Source of the DNA: a virus
Virus record (IMG/VR): IMGVR_UViG_3300045988_046639
Span: 1 to 37,589 of that record
Reading direction: 5' to 3' (one strand)
Length of the DNA: 37,589 nt
The position numbers and the translations under genes were made by a program. Of the stretch, positions 24,673 to 32,564 are shown piece after piece (positions within the stretch are counted from its first letter, which is position 1; every line of letters begins with the position of its first letter). The notes beneath the pieces are model-generated. The model had not been told where the DNA came from and made no database searches. It saw nothing but the letters and a program-made list of their open reading frames with translations.

Positions 24673-25284
24673 CTATGCGTATCTAACACCTAAGCTATTC
24701 TTTACGATTCCACGCAACATAATTGATATTGCAGTAGGTGTATATCCTGTATTCCTTGCACATTGTGCAATTGATTCATATTCAACTCCATTCAATACCA
24801 CTTTCTTTTGACATACCTTGCCACCGTCAACACCATTGTTCACAAGATATAAGTTTTTAACGTGTTTCTTTCCTTTTAAGCGAACTTTGTAACTTCTGCT
24901 CAAATCACCGATAAATGCTTTATATGCTAATCTGTATAGTTGATACATCTTCCCATTTATACAAACTCTGTAAGCTCCTTTATCAAATGAAGGATGAATC
25001 TTGCTTTTAACTCCATCTTTGCTAACCGAAATTACATTTAAACGATTTGAAATGTACCATCTTCTTCCTGTCTTTGATGTCGCAATTAATTCGTACTTTT
25101 CTGTGTCACTTGCTTTCTTTTCATCTGCTTCATCTTCAATCAATACACATCCTTTATATAACCGTTGATACATAACGTGTGCGTCAAATTGTGATTTCGT
25201 TAACCCTAACTCATCCATAACCTTTTCGTCGCTTACAAACCCTTTAAATTCATTTGTATAAGGTTCTAACATCATGTAATCCAT
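24673..25284 (-). CDS. NUMOD4/HNH_3-like homing-endonuclease-related DNA-binding protein (catalytic His apparently replaced)
   Basis: WYISNRLNVISVSKDG...GAYRVCINGKMYQLYRLAYKAFIG resembles the NUMOD4 plus HNH_3 layout, but has Tyr where the HRL His is expected. There is a C-terminal HTH-like IAQCARNTGYTPTAIS segment. Confidence 0.4.
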   Translation of the reverse strand: MDYMMLEPYTNEFKGFVSDEKVMDELGLTKSQFDAHVMYQRLYKGCVLIEDEADEKKASDTEKYELIATSKTGRRWYISNRLNVISVSKDGVKSKIHPSFDKGAYRVCINGKMYQLYRLAYKAFIGDLSRSYKVRLKGKKHVKNLYLVNNGVDGGKVCQKKVVLNGVEYESIAQCARNTGYTPTAISIMLRGIVKNSLGVRYA

Positions 25285-25542
25285 TTATTTCACCTCATCA
25301 AAATCCGAATAATATTCAACGCTTACGACTTCATCGTGCTTTGTTTGCAGTTCTATGATTCGTTTCTCTAGCTCTTTGTTTTGATACTCTAATGTTCTGA
25401 TTCTTCTTCTGTATTCTTCGTATTTAAAAATACATTTCGTAGCTTTATCTTGTTCTTCTTGAATCCTTTTTCCTACCATTATGCTATATAGAAGAAGTGT
25501 TGCACCACTTCCACATATAGCTCCACAAATCCAATTAATCAT
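25285..25542 (-). CDS. Membrane-anchored coiled-coil protein
   Basis: N-terminal TM segment. ATG follows GAGGTG. Confidence 0.5.
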   Translation of the reverse strand: MINWICGAICGSGATLLLYSIMVGKRIQEEQDKATKCIFKYEEYRRRIRTLEYQNKELEKRIIELQTKHDEVVSVEYYSDFDEVK

Positions 25543-25551
25543 TTATTCACC

Positions 25552-26541
25552 TCAAAATAATCTGTTTCCTTTATTACTAATATCAGTTTGATTAAGTATT
25601 ATCTTTCGGAATATACTTTCAAAGATTGGAACAGGTATTGAATTACCAGCTTGCTTATACAACGCACCATTCATACATCCTTCTTTTCCTGGATTTGCTC
25701 TTTTTGCATTGTCAAAGTCCTCATCTGTATATCCCTGTAATCTCCAACACTCTCGCTCTGTTAAATATCTCCATTCCCCATTTGCCCTTTTTACAATCCC
25801 ACTGTTAGGGCTTCTGTTTTGTTTCGTTGTAATCGTCATTGCATAGTTTTTGATTACCGACAATTTTTTCAATGGTGCATTATCGAAGTTTGTTGGGTCA
25901 ATCTTTTCAAGCATTGAAGGTGCTTTGATTGTGTATATGTCAGAAACATCTTTATCGTCTTGTATGTAATCCCAAACACTTCTCATAGGAGTTTTTATAA
26001 GGTCATCAAAATCAAACATTTCATTACCTAATATAGATATTGTGAATACTCTTTTTCTGTTTTGTGGTAAGCCAAAATCTCTAGCGTCTAGAATTTCAAA
26101 GCTACTTGTATATCCCATTTTGTGCATTTCATGAATGTATCTATTGTGGTTATGCACCATATACTTGCTTCTTACATTCTTCACATTTTCCCAAATCACA
26201 TATCTAGGCTTCCATACACCCATCTGTTGAATGATGTGTATTGTCTCCCACATCAACGAGCTTCTTGTTTCTGACCCTTCATCTGCACCTTTCTGATGCC
26301 CTGCTATTGAGAAGTCTTGGCATGGAGAACCATGAATCAAAATGTCTGGTCTTAAATTCCAACCAACAACTGATTGAGTTTTATATGGCAGTTCACTCTC
26401 AAACATAGCGTTATAAGACCTAACTGCTTTTTCATCTATTTCTACATAATCGATAGCTTTAACCGGAACTCCAATATTTCTTAACGCACATCTTGGAGAA
26501 CCGATACCACCAAACAGTTCTAAAATCTGTATTTTTTCCAT
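25552..26541 (-). CDS. DNA (cytosine-5)-methyltransferase
   Basis: Motifs ELFGGIGS (I), PCQDFS (IV), ENV (VI), QNRKR (VIII) and GNS (X), in order. Confidence 0.9.
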   Translation of the reverse strand: MEKIQILELFGGIGSPRCALRNIGVPVKAIDYVEIDEKAVRSYNAMFESELPYKTQSVVGWNLRPDILIHGSPCQDFSIAGHQKGADEGSETRSSLMWETIHIIQQMGVWKPRYVIWENVKNVRSKYMVHNHNRYIHEMHKMGYTSSFEILDARDFGLPQNRKRVFTISILGNEMFDFDDLIKTPMRSVWDYIQDDKDVSDIYTIKAPSMLEKIDPTNFDNAPLKKLSVIKNYAMTITTKQNRSPNSGIVKRANGEWRYLTERECWRLQGYTDEDFDNAKRANPGKEGCMNGALYKQAGNSIPVPIFESIFRKIILNQTDISNKGNRLF

Positions 26542-26555
26542 TTATTCACCCCCTT

Positions 26556-27290
26556 TTATGCACCAAACAGTTGTGCTCTAAGCCTATTAAATTCATCTTG
26601 TACTTCTTTATCCGTCTTTGTGCTCTGCTCTATATAAAACTTTGAATCAAGCGTGATAGGCTTATCTTTATTTCTTTTCATCCATTCATCATGAACCCAC
26701 TTCTGAATCACGAGTGAATGATTTTTATACTTCTTTCCACTCGTTTCAATGTACTCATCCAAAATCTTTATATGCTCATCTAATGAATCACCATATAAAT
26801 CTAATAGGTGTGTGTGTTCTTTATCTGTTAAAAGAACGTGTTGATATTCTCCGTATTTGTGTTTACTTACTTTTAATTTATTATTAATTTTAGTATTAAT
26901 AGCTTTATTATTATCTGTATACATTTCTACACTAGGGGTAGTATAAAAATTTACACTAGGGTCATGTACGTTTTTATATGGGGTAGTATAAAAATTTACA
27001 CTAGGGTTGATATATAATTTTCGTTGCAATACTTGTTTTGTTCCTTCTTTATAAATCAACTCTAAACTGATATACCCTTTTTTAACTAATGCACTAATCC
27101 ATTTTTTTACCGCAGATACTGAACAATGATACAAATCTGCGAAATATTGATTTGTTGCCCAACAATATCCTTTTTCATTACACAATGATGTAATTTCTCC
27201 ATACAATAGTTTTGCGTTTGGTGACAATTCTTCATCATATCGAACTTCTGCAGGTATTATTGCGTAATACGATTTCTTTAGTTCTGCTAT
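26556..27290 (-). CDS. Replication initiator / replisome organiser (HTH, DnaD-like)
   Basis: LSPNAKLLYGEITSLCNEKGYCWATNQYFADLYHCSVSAVKKWISALVKKGYI, with iterons inside the gene. The likely start is ATA at 27290, 6 nt after GGTGGAGGTG; the TTG/GTG options lie inside the SD. Confidence 0.7.
   Translation of the reverse strand: MAELKKSYYAIIPAEVRYDEELSPNAKLLYGEITSLCNEKGYCWATNQYFADLYHCSVSAVKKWISALVKKGYISLELIYKEGTKQVLQRKLYINPSVNFYTTPYKNVHDPSVNFYTTPSVEMYTDNNKAINTKINNKLKVSKHKYGEYQHVLLTDKEHTHLLDLYGDSLDEHIKILDEYIETSGKKYKNHSLVIQKWVHDEWMKRNKDKPITLDSKFYIEQSTKTDKEVQDEFNRLRAQLFGA
26935..27006. repeat. Origin-like iterons: 27-bp direct repeat GGGGTAGTATAAAAATTTACACTAGGG x2 plus a third TACACTAGGG
   Basis: Copies at 26935-26961 and 26980-27006, with an extra TACACTAGGG at 26928-26937. 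They encode the repeated PSVNFYTTP in the initiator. Confidence 0.75.
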
Positions 27291-27291
27291 T

Positions 27292-27642
27292 CTAATCACC
27301 TCCACCAAGCACTACGTCTTGCTTTAGGATTTCATCAATGATTTTTTCGATATATTCTAGATAGCAATCTATCTTAATATCGTTATAAGGTGCATCAAGC
27401 TTGTACAATGCTTTATATATTGCTTTAACTCCTACCCTATACAATCCCTCTTTTGTGTAGTCATAACATCCATCTAACATATATATAAATTCTTCGGTGA
27501 TGTCATGAATTGTACACGCTTCATTAAATACATCCTTTGAATTTGTATCTCCTATGCTTCTTTCTGCAATTTGATAAAACAAGTTGAATTCATCAAAGTA
27601 AATTTGCTTTGCTACGTTTACTGCCATTTCTTGCTCTCTCAT
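27292..27642 (-). CDS. Hypothetical protein
   Basis: ATGA overlap with the rusA stop. Confidence 0.55.
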   Translation of the reverse strand: MREQEMAVNVAKQIYFDEFNLFYQIAERSIGDTNSKDVFNEACTIHDITEEFIYMLDGCYDYTKEGLYRVGVKAIYKALYKLDAPYNDIKIDCYLEYIEKIIDEILKQDVVLGGGD

Positions 27643-28007
27643 ATGATTTCTACCTCTATTCTTGGATTCTCCTTATCTGTAAATACTGAATGATTCACTT
27701 GATTAATGTACTTCCTTGAATCATCTTCTAATATTCCTGTTCTAACTAATGAATCTTGAATGAATTTAGTAGCGAATGTGATATTATCAATATCTCTTCT
27801 GTTGTCTTGCTCATACCAATTAATATTTAATTTGATAGGATAGTTCTTAACCTCGTATACTTCACCGAAATTTACTGCCTGTAAGATATAAGCCATTACA
27901 AGACGCTCGTTCTTTTTTACCATTTCTGCTCCCTTGTAACGATTGGCTCGGCAAGCTCTAATATATTCATTCAATCCATCTAGCTTTCCTTTTATTACAA
28001 ACTTTAT
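27639..28007 (-). CDS. rusA: RusA-family Holliday junction resolvase
   Basis: GKLDGLNEYIRACRANRYKGA...DIDNI...KFIQDSLV pattern. ATA at 28007 overlaps the upstream TAA (ATAA), 6 nt after GGGGGA, and gives (M)KFVIKGKLDGLNEY. Confidence 0.75.
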   Translation of the reverse strand: MKFVIKGKLDGLNEYIRACRANRYKGAEMVKKNERLVMAYILQAVNFGEVYEVKNYPIKLNINWYEQDNRRDIDNITFATKFIQDSLVRTGILEDDSRKYINQVNHSVFTDKENPRIEVEII

Positions 28008-28543
28008 TTTTCTTCCCCCTTGATTCCTTTATCTAAATAATATTGAGTGTTGATTCCTAATTGTTCTGCATAATCTAATATGCAATCAATTAACACTCCC
28101 ATTTGTTTTGTGTCCATTTGTGATGAGCCTAGAAACAATCTACAATTTACAAATTCGTTTCCATTGTCTCTAACCTCAGTACCCAATATTTGGACTGCTC
28201 TAACTCCATGTGCTTGAGCCAACGAATCAACACCATCTTTCAACACTGAAACATATGTATATAAAGCTTTTGCCATTCTCAAGAATTCGCAATACATATC
28301 CCATGTATCGTTATAACTAGCATTTTCGTTTTCACTTATCTCCTTGATTAATGCCCACATAAGCCGATTCTGATTATTCGTACGTAAATGTTTAACCGAA
28401 TCTATAATCACGCTATATGCCCCTTTTTCGAGTGTCTGAGCGTATGATTCGTATATTGGCTCAGTTAATTCAAATGTTATTTCTAGGTTTCCATCTTCAT
28501 TTCTTGATTTTCGGATGAAATTACCTATCAATTTTGTTTTCAA
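28004..28543 (-). CDS. NinB/Orf-like recombination mediator
   Basis: RTNNQNRLMWALIKEIS and GSSQMDTKQMGVLIDCILDYAEQLGI resemble lambda NinB segments as I recall them. TTGA overlap start. Confidence 0.5.
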   Translation of the reverse strand: MKTKLIGNFIRKSRNEDGNLEITFELTEPIYESYAQTLEKGAYSVIIDSVKHLRTNNQNRLMWALIKEISENENASYNDTWDMYCEFLRMAKALYTYVSVLKDGVDSLAQAHGVRAVQILGTEVRDNGNEFVNCRLFLGSSQMDTKQMGVLIDCILDYAEQLGINTQYYLDKGIKGEEK

Positions 28544-28770
28544 AATCTCATTCGCTCCATTTCTTCAAATTTTTGAATTCTGAAAAGCTCCATTTGTTCT
28601 TCTGTTATTCCCAATTCTTCCATTTTTTTTACATCCGTCCATGAATCTTGGTACGGATTAAAATTCTCGTCCATGATGTAGTTTTCTAAATCCTCAATCC
28701 TTTTAGCTTGCGAAAAATATATTTCTCTAGGATATGTTTCTTGATTCGTGATAACATTGTATGAATGCAT
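28540..28770 (-). CDS. Hypothetical protein
   Basis: ATG follows AGGAGGT. Confidence 0.55.
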   Translation of the reverse strand: MHSYNVITNQETYPREIYFSQAKRIEDLENYIMDENFNPYQDSWTDVKKMEELGITEEQMELFRIQKFEEMERMRF

Positions 28771-28779
28771 ATTTACCTC

Positions 28780-29076
28780 CTATAGATAGTTTTTATGAAA
28801 TATCTTCATAAATTCATTTCTTGTGTGTTCTTTCTCAAATGCCTGTTGGCATTCCTTTTTAAGCTTCATGTCTAATTTATGATTGAAATGTACTCCTTCA
28901 CTGCTCATGTTATGGTGCTTTGCACACAATCTTACATAACACCCATGCTCAATTGATTTCTTTCTGTTAGCAGTCCCGAAATAAATTTCATGTGTATGTA
29001 AATTTAAAGTTGAACCACATACATAACATTTAGACATATCTTTTTGTAAGATTGACTTATCTCGTTTTATTTCCAA
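28780..29076 (-). CDS. Zinc-binding (Cys/His-rich) phage protein
   Basis: CYVCGS...HTHEIYFG...RLCAKHHN pattern. The start is ambiguous: TTG at 29076 or ATA at 29070, which overlaps the upstream TAA. Confidence 0.5.
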   Translation of the reverse strand: MEIKRDKSILQKDMSKCYVCGSTLNLHTHEIYFGTANRKKSIEHGCYVRLCAKHHNMSSEGVHFNHKLDMKLKKECQQAFEKEHTRNEFMKIFHKNYL

Positions 29077-29372
29077 GTTACCCTTACGCTTCCTTTGACC
29101 GGTGTTTCCTTAGATAATTGATGTGTTAGTCCTAATTCTTCTACTAGCTTTGTATCAATTACAGTACGTGTAGAAGGTGCAGTATATGTGATTTTAACCA
29201 CGTCATTTTCAAATTGTTTGATTCCGTTTTCTTCCATAGCGGTTAGGATGTTCTTTTTAACTTCCTTTTCCAATTTGTCCATCTCTTTTTTGTACTCATT
29301 GAATGATTTCAATTTGTTCAGTGCTTCTTTTTGAATTTCAATTTGTCCATTTGTTACGTTTACTAATTCCAT
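29067..29372 (-). CDS. Hypothetical recombination-module protein
   Basis: ATG at 29372 follows AAGGAGGAA. Confidence 0.55.
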   Translation of the reverse strand: MELVNVTNGQIEIQKEALNKLKSFNEYKKEMDKLEKEVKKNILTAMEENGIKQFENDVVKITYTAPSTRTVIDTKLVEELGLTHQLSKETPVKGSVRVTWK

Positions 29373-29385
29373 TTTTCTTTCCTCC

Positions 29386-30051
29386 TTATGCTTTCGCATT
29401 TTCTTTGTAAATAGCTCCGTATGCTTTAATTAATGCCACTAGACCGTTTCCATTTAGATTAGGAATATCTTGTGAACTGATTTTATATTCGGCTTTTAAA
29501 TGTTCACAAAACGCTTCTGAATGCGTATCAATTCCTAGCTTCTGTAATTCATTTTGTGCTTTAAAACAACGCATACGAATTTCATCTAACTTGTCATTGT
29601 TTTCGGCTTTCTGTTGTTTTGTCTGTGCATTTTGAATTGCTTCATGTTGTTCATCTGTATCTGCGTCTTTTGTATCATCTAAGTTAAATAAACCGTTTAA
29701 CGCATATTTTCTAGCATATGAACTGCATGAACCTGTTACTTGTGAAGCGTCCATACCTTTTTTATTTTCTTCTTCTCTAGCCATCGCTTTTACTTGAATT
29801 GATTCATTTGAATCCCAATCGTTTAAAATTGCATTTGCTACGACATAATATCTATCTTTAATAACTTCAATTTCATCTGTAAGAATCAAAGTTGCTCTAT
29901 ACTTAACACAAATCTTTTTTGCTTCTGCTAAGATATCCTCTGCCGACCTATAACTATATTTACCAAACTTGTTATATTGATTCTTACCTACTTTCATTTC
30001 GTTTTGTATATGAGATAGCTTTTCATATACATTCATTTTCTTTTCTTCCAT
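29386..30051 (-). CDS. ERF-family single-strand annealing protein
   Basis: NVYEKLSHIQNEMKVGKNQYNKFGKYSYRSAEDILAEAKKI N-terminal pattern. Confidence 0.7.
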   Translation of the reverse strand: MEEKKMNVYEKLSHIQNEMKVGKNQYNKFGKYSYRSAEDILAEAKKICVKYRATLILTDEIEVIKDRYYVVANAILNDWDSNESIQVKAMAREEENKKGMDASQVTGSCSSYARKYALNGLFNLDDTKDADTDEQHEAIQNAQTKQQKAENNDKLDEIRMRCFKAQNELQKLGIDTHSEAFCEHLKAEYKISSQDIPNLNGNGLVALIKAYGAIYKENAKA

Positions 30052-30069
30052 TCTTCCGTTTCTCCTTTT

Positions 30070-30243
30070 TTATTCTGATAATTGATTTATAATTTGCTTT
30101 ATTTCTTCTTTCTTTTTGTCTGTAAGTTCTTTTCTTAAACTTTTAATGAAAGTAGATTCTGAAACATTCAATTCCATTGCAATTTCATACAAATAAACTC
30201 CATGCTTTTTAGCTAATTCTCTAATATCATTATTTTTTTTCAT
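30070..30243 (-). CDS. Small HTH protein (57 aa)
   Basis: MKKNNDIRELAKKHGVYLYEIAMELNVSESTFIKSLRKEL. It is below the ORF-track cutoff and shares its RBS context with the ERF gene. Confidence 0.55.
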   Translation of the reverse strand: MKKNNDIRELAKKHGVYLYEIAMELNVSESTFIKSLRKELTDKKKEEIKQIINQLSE

Positions 30244-30280
30244 TCTTCCGTTTCTCCTTCTTTTCTGCTATAATGTATGT

Positions 30281-30297
30281 GTTCTTAATTTAAGAAC
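30281..30297. promoter_or_regulatory. 17-bp perfect palindrome GTTCTTAAtTTAAGAAC (operator-like)
   Basis: Read directly. It lies just upstream of the small HTH gene, next to a GC-rich island at 30305-30330. Confidence 0.45.
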
Positions 30298-30342
30298 GTC
30301 ATTTCTTGTGCGTGCGTGCTTTGTCGGGTGCGCACCTCTTTT

Positions 30343-30573
30343 TTATAGAAATAACATTGCATACGACTTACCTAAACAAGCTATTGAAATAAGTAGAATC
30401 ACGATTGTTGTAATAAGAATTACATTTACGCAATTTGTGATTCTTTTTTGATATCTTTTTTCTCTTAGAAGTTCTTTTTCTTCCTTGCTTAAATGTATTC
30501 GTTTTGGATTAAACGGATAAATGCTCAACTCCATCTCATCCTCCTGTATTGCATTCATTCTTATATCTTGCAT
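30343..30573 (-). CDS. Small membrane protein
   Basis: C-terminal TM segment VNVILITTIVILLISIACL. ATG follows GGAG. Confidence 0.5.
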   Translation of the reverse strand: MQDIRMNAIQEDEMELSIYPFNPKRIHLSKEEKELLREKRYQKRITNCVNVILITTIVILLISIACLGKSYAMLFL

Positions 30574-30575
30574 AA

Positions 30576-30830
30576 CTAACTCCTTTTAAATGATTTTCTA
30601 GCTTCGGGGCAACACTTCAAGAAATATTCTGTTGGGATTACATTCTGATTCACATTTCTATATACAAATGTATCTTCCCAAGCAGTACCTGTTTCTTCTT
30701 TATAGAACTTTCTAACTGATTTCATAATCTTGCTAGATTGGGCTCTTTGTCGGTCTTTTGACAATTCGGTCATATCAAACACCTTTACCAAATCGTCTTT
30801 GTTTAAATACGCTTTGTAATTAATAATCAC
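30576..30830 (-). CDS. Hypothetical protein (DUF771-like by eye)
   Basis: GTG at 30830 lies 7 nt after GGAGGTG. Confidence 0.45.
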   Translation of the reverse strand: MIINYKAYLNKDDLVKVFDMTELSKDRQRAQSSKIMKSVRKFYKEETGTAWEDTFVYRNVNQNVIPTEYFLKCCPEARKSFKRS

Positions 30831-30999
30831 TTTCGTACACCTCCATTCTAGATTCACAAGTATTGATTTCGTTTACCTCTTGTAAATCTCTAAGATTTAA
30901 CCGATTCGCAATCTCTTTTGCTTCTTCACTGTCATGTGCTTCAACCTCGAACGTAACATTTGCAGTTACGTCGAAGGTTACGAAATATGTTCTAGTCAT
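30820..30999 (-). CDS. Small hypothetical protein
   Basis: ATG at 30999 lies 5 nt after AAGAGGTGA. Confidence 0.5.
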   Translation of the reverse strand: MTRTYFVTFDVTANVTFEVEAHDSEEAKEIANRLNLRDLQEVNEINTCESRMEVYESDY

Positions 31000-31120
31000 C
31001 TTTCTCACCTCTTTTCGATTCATCTAAGATACAAGCGATATATCCTTGATAAAACTCTGAAAGCTCATAGCCTTTCTTTTGTAGCTCGCCTAAGGCTTCA
31101 AAAATTCTCTTGTCTAGTAT
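30992..31120 (-). CDS. Small ORF (42 aa) with an ATA start
   Basis: ATA at 31120 lies 5 nt after GGAGGTG. There is no canonical start anywhere in the frame. The stop overlaps the next ATG. Sequence is (M)LDKRIFEALGELQKKGYELSEFYQGYIACILDESKRGEKDD. Confidence 0.4.
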   Translation of the reverse strand: MLDKRIFEALGELQKKGYELSEFYQGYIACILDESKRGEKDD

Positions 31121-31185
31121 TGTTTCACCTCCATGACCTGTCTCATCAGTGCTAGTAGGTCATCTCTAGCAGACTAGCCTAGTGG

Positions 31186-31359
31186 CTAGTTTCGACATAC
31201 TTTGACATCTATTCGCTTGTCTGTTTCTTTTAAACTCACATCATATTTCAATGGGATTGCTATGATTCTCCCATCAACATGTAAATAAAGTAATAAAGCG
31301 TCTGTTTCCCATTTGTAACAATTACCTTTGTAACTATCATTTATATATAAAGATTTCAT
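31186..31359 (-). CDS. Small hypothetical protein (57 aa)
   Basis: ATG follows AAGGAGGA. It is below the ORF-track cutoff. Confidence 0.45.
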   Translation of the reverse strand: MKSLYINDSYKGNCYKWETDALLLYLHVDGRIIAIPLKYDVSLKETDKRIDVKVCRN

Positions 31360-31376
31360 TTCTTGTGTCCTCCTTA

Positions 31377-31628
31377 TTAATCTTCTTTTAAGTTATTTCT
31401 TAATAGACTTAATGTATTTTTTGATTCTTTAACAATCGTGTCTAATCTGTTCAAACAATAGTTGTAATGACCGATTTTATTGAATTGATTGTTGTTAATT
31501 GCTTCAATTAATTCTTGCTTCAATTCTTCAATTTCATTTTCTGCTTGTTTGATTTTTGTTTCGTGCACCCAAATGAAATTATCAATTCCTTTTTCTGTTG
31601 GTTTTGTATTGTAATCAATTTTGTTCAT
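31377..31628 (-). CDS. Coiled-coil hypothetical protein
   Basis: ATG follows AAGGAGGAA. Confidence 0.55.
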   Translation of the reverse strand: MNKIDYNTKPTEKGIDNFIWVHETKIKQAENEIEELKQELIEAINNNQFNKIGHYNYCLNRLDTIVKESKNTLSLLRNNLKED

Positions 31629-31641
31629 TTTTTGTTCCTCC

Positions 31642-31794
31642 TTATTGATTAGCTTTTAATCTTTCTATTTCTTCTCTAAGCATTTGATTTTGCTTTTGAA
31701 GTATGATTTTTCTTGTAAACTCATTACTGAATTTATTGAACATTTTGTCTTTATATTCTTGTTGTCTTTTTCTAATTTCTTCTTGTGTTCTCAT
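31642..31794 (-). CDS. Small basic coiled-coil protein (50 aa)
   Basis: TAATG overlap with the upstream stop. It is below the ORF-track cutoff. Confidence 0.45.
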   Translation of the reverse strand: MRTQEEIRKRQQEYKDKMFNKFSNEFTRKIILQKQNQMLREEIERLKANQ

Positions 31795-32030
31795 TATTTG
31801 TTACCTCCAATTCTTTCCATTCTTTTGATTTCTCTAAGTTCTTCAATTGTTCCATTTGTTGTATCAAGCCATTTGAAATAAGTAGCTCTTTCTTCAACAA
31901 CTCCTCTATATGGATGATAGCCATTTGCATATAGCTCATTAATAAACGCTTTCTTTGTAGGGTATTCCATTTCAATGAATACCTTTCTACCTGTATTCTT
32001 TTCAACTGCTAATGTTACGTATGTTTTCAT
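31794..32030 (-). CDS. First gene of the early leftward operon, unknown function
   Basis: ATG follows CGGAGGAA. Confidence 0.55.
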   Translation of the reverse strand: MKTYVTLAVEKNTGRKVFIEMEYPTKKAFINELYANGYHPYRGVVEERATYFKWLDTTNGTIEELREIKRMERIGGNK

Positions 32031-32186
32031 TTCTTGTTCCTCCGTGTTTTGTGTTGTTTTGTGTTGTTTTGTAACTTACATATACATTATAGTAAATTAG
32101 CTCTACTTTGTAAAGTGTTTTTTGTAACTTTGATATACATTTTTTATTTTCGCGTGATATTATGTATATGAAGGAGGTTTTGTACT
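32031..32186. promoter_or_regulatory. Divergent switch region with repeated operator-like sites
   Basis: TTTGTAACTTnnATATACAT occurs at 32068-32087 and 32121-32140, with a third TTTGTAAA at 32107-32114. A tandem 10-mer GTTGTTTTGT occurs at about 32044-32072. Confidence 0.6.
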
Positions 32187-32564
32187 TTGACAATCGGAGA
32201 AAGAATATATGCGATTAGGTCTAACTTGAACCTAAGCATGGAGAAATTCGGAAAGAAGATTGGTATAACTCGAAGCAGTGTTAACCACCTTGAAAAAGGT
32301 GTAAACAATCCTAGTGACCAAACTATCAAATTAATTTGTAAAGAATATAATGTTGATTACTTTTGGTTAACTGAGGGTAAAGGCAATATGTTTCTAGAAT
32401 TGCCGGATAACACTATTGATGAATTAATTGATGAATACCAAATCAACCCAAATCAAAAGCCACTTATAAAGGCTTATCTAAAATCAAGTGAAGAAACAAA
32501 GGAAAGGTTATTAGATTTCATTTATGGAATTATTAAGGAATTAGACAATGCGGAACAAAACTAA
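32187..32564 (+). CDS. XRE/cI-type repressor
   Basis: HTH SMEKFGKKIGITRSSVNHLEKGVNNPS. TTG lies 8 nt after AAGGAGG. It is divergent from the early genes. Confidence 0.8.
   Translation: MTIGERIYAIRSNLNLSMEKFGKKIGITRSSVNHLEKGVNNPSDQTIKLICKEYNVDYFWLTEGKGNMFLELPDNTIDELIDEYQINPNQKPLIKAYLKSSEETKERLLDFIYGIIKELDNAEQN

Noticed and set aside
31131-31160. A CUGAUGAG string on the minus strand resembling the hammerhead ribozyme core, with a GAAAC 17 nt downstream.
   Set aside because: The segment between the two boxes cannot form a stem II (G-U then A-G at the closing positions). No stem I/III partners or cleavage triplet could be placed. It is most likely a chance match.
32044-32072. Short tandem repeats (GTTGTTTTGT x3) as a possible CRISPR or minisatellite.
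   Set aside because: There are only three contiguous 10-bp units with no spacers. They sit in the 5' leader of the early operon. They are treated as a leader or regulatory feature instead.
31772-32329. Minus-strand track ORFs 31772..32005, 32002..32193 and 32144..32329.
   Set aside because: The first is an alternative frame overlapping two RBS-supported genes. The other two run through the divergent promoter/operator region and antisense to the repressor gene start, with no SD.
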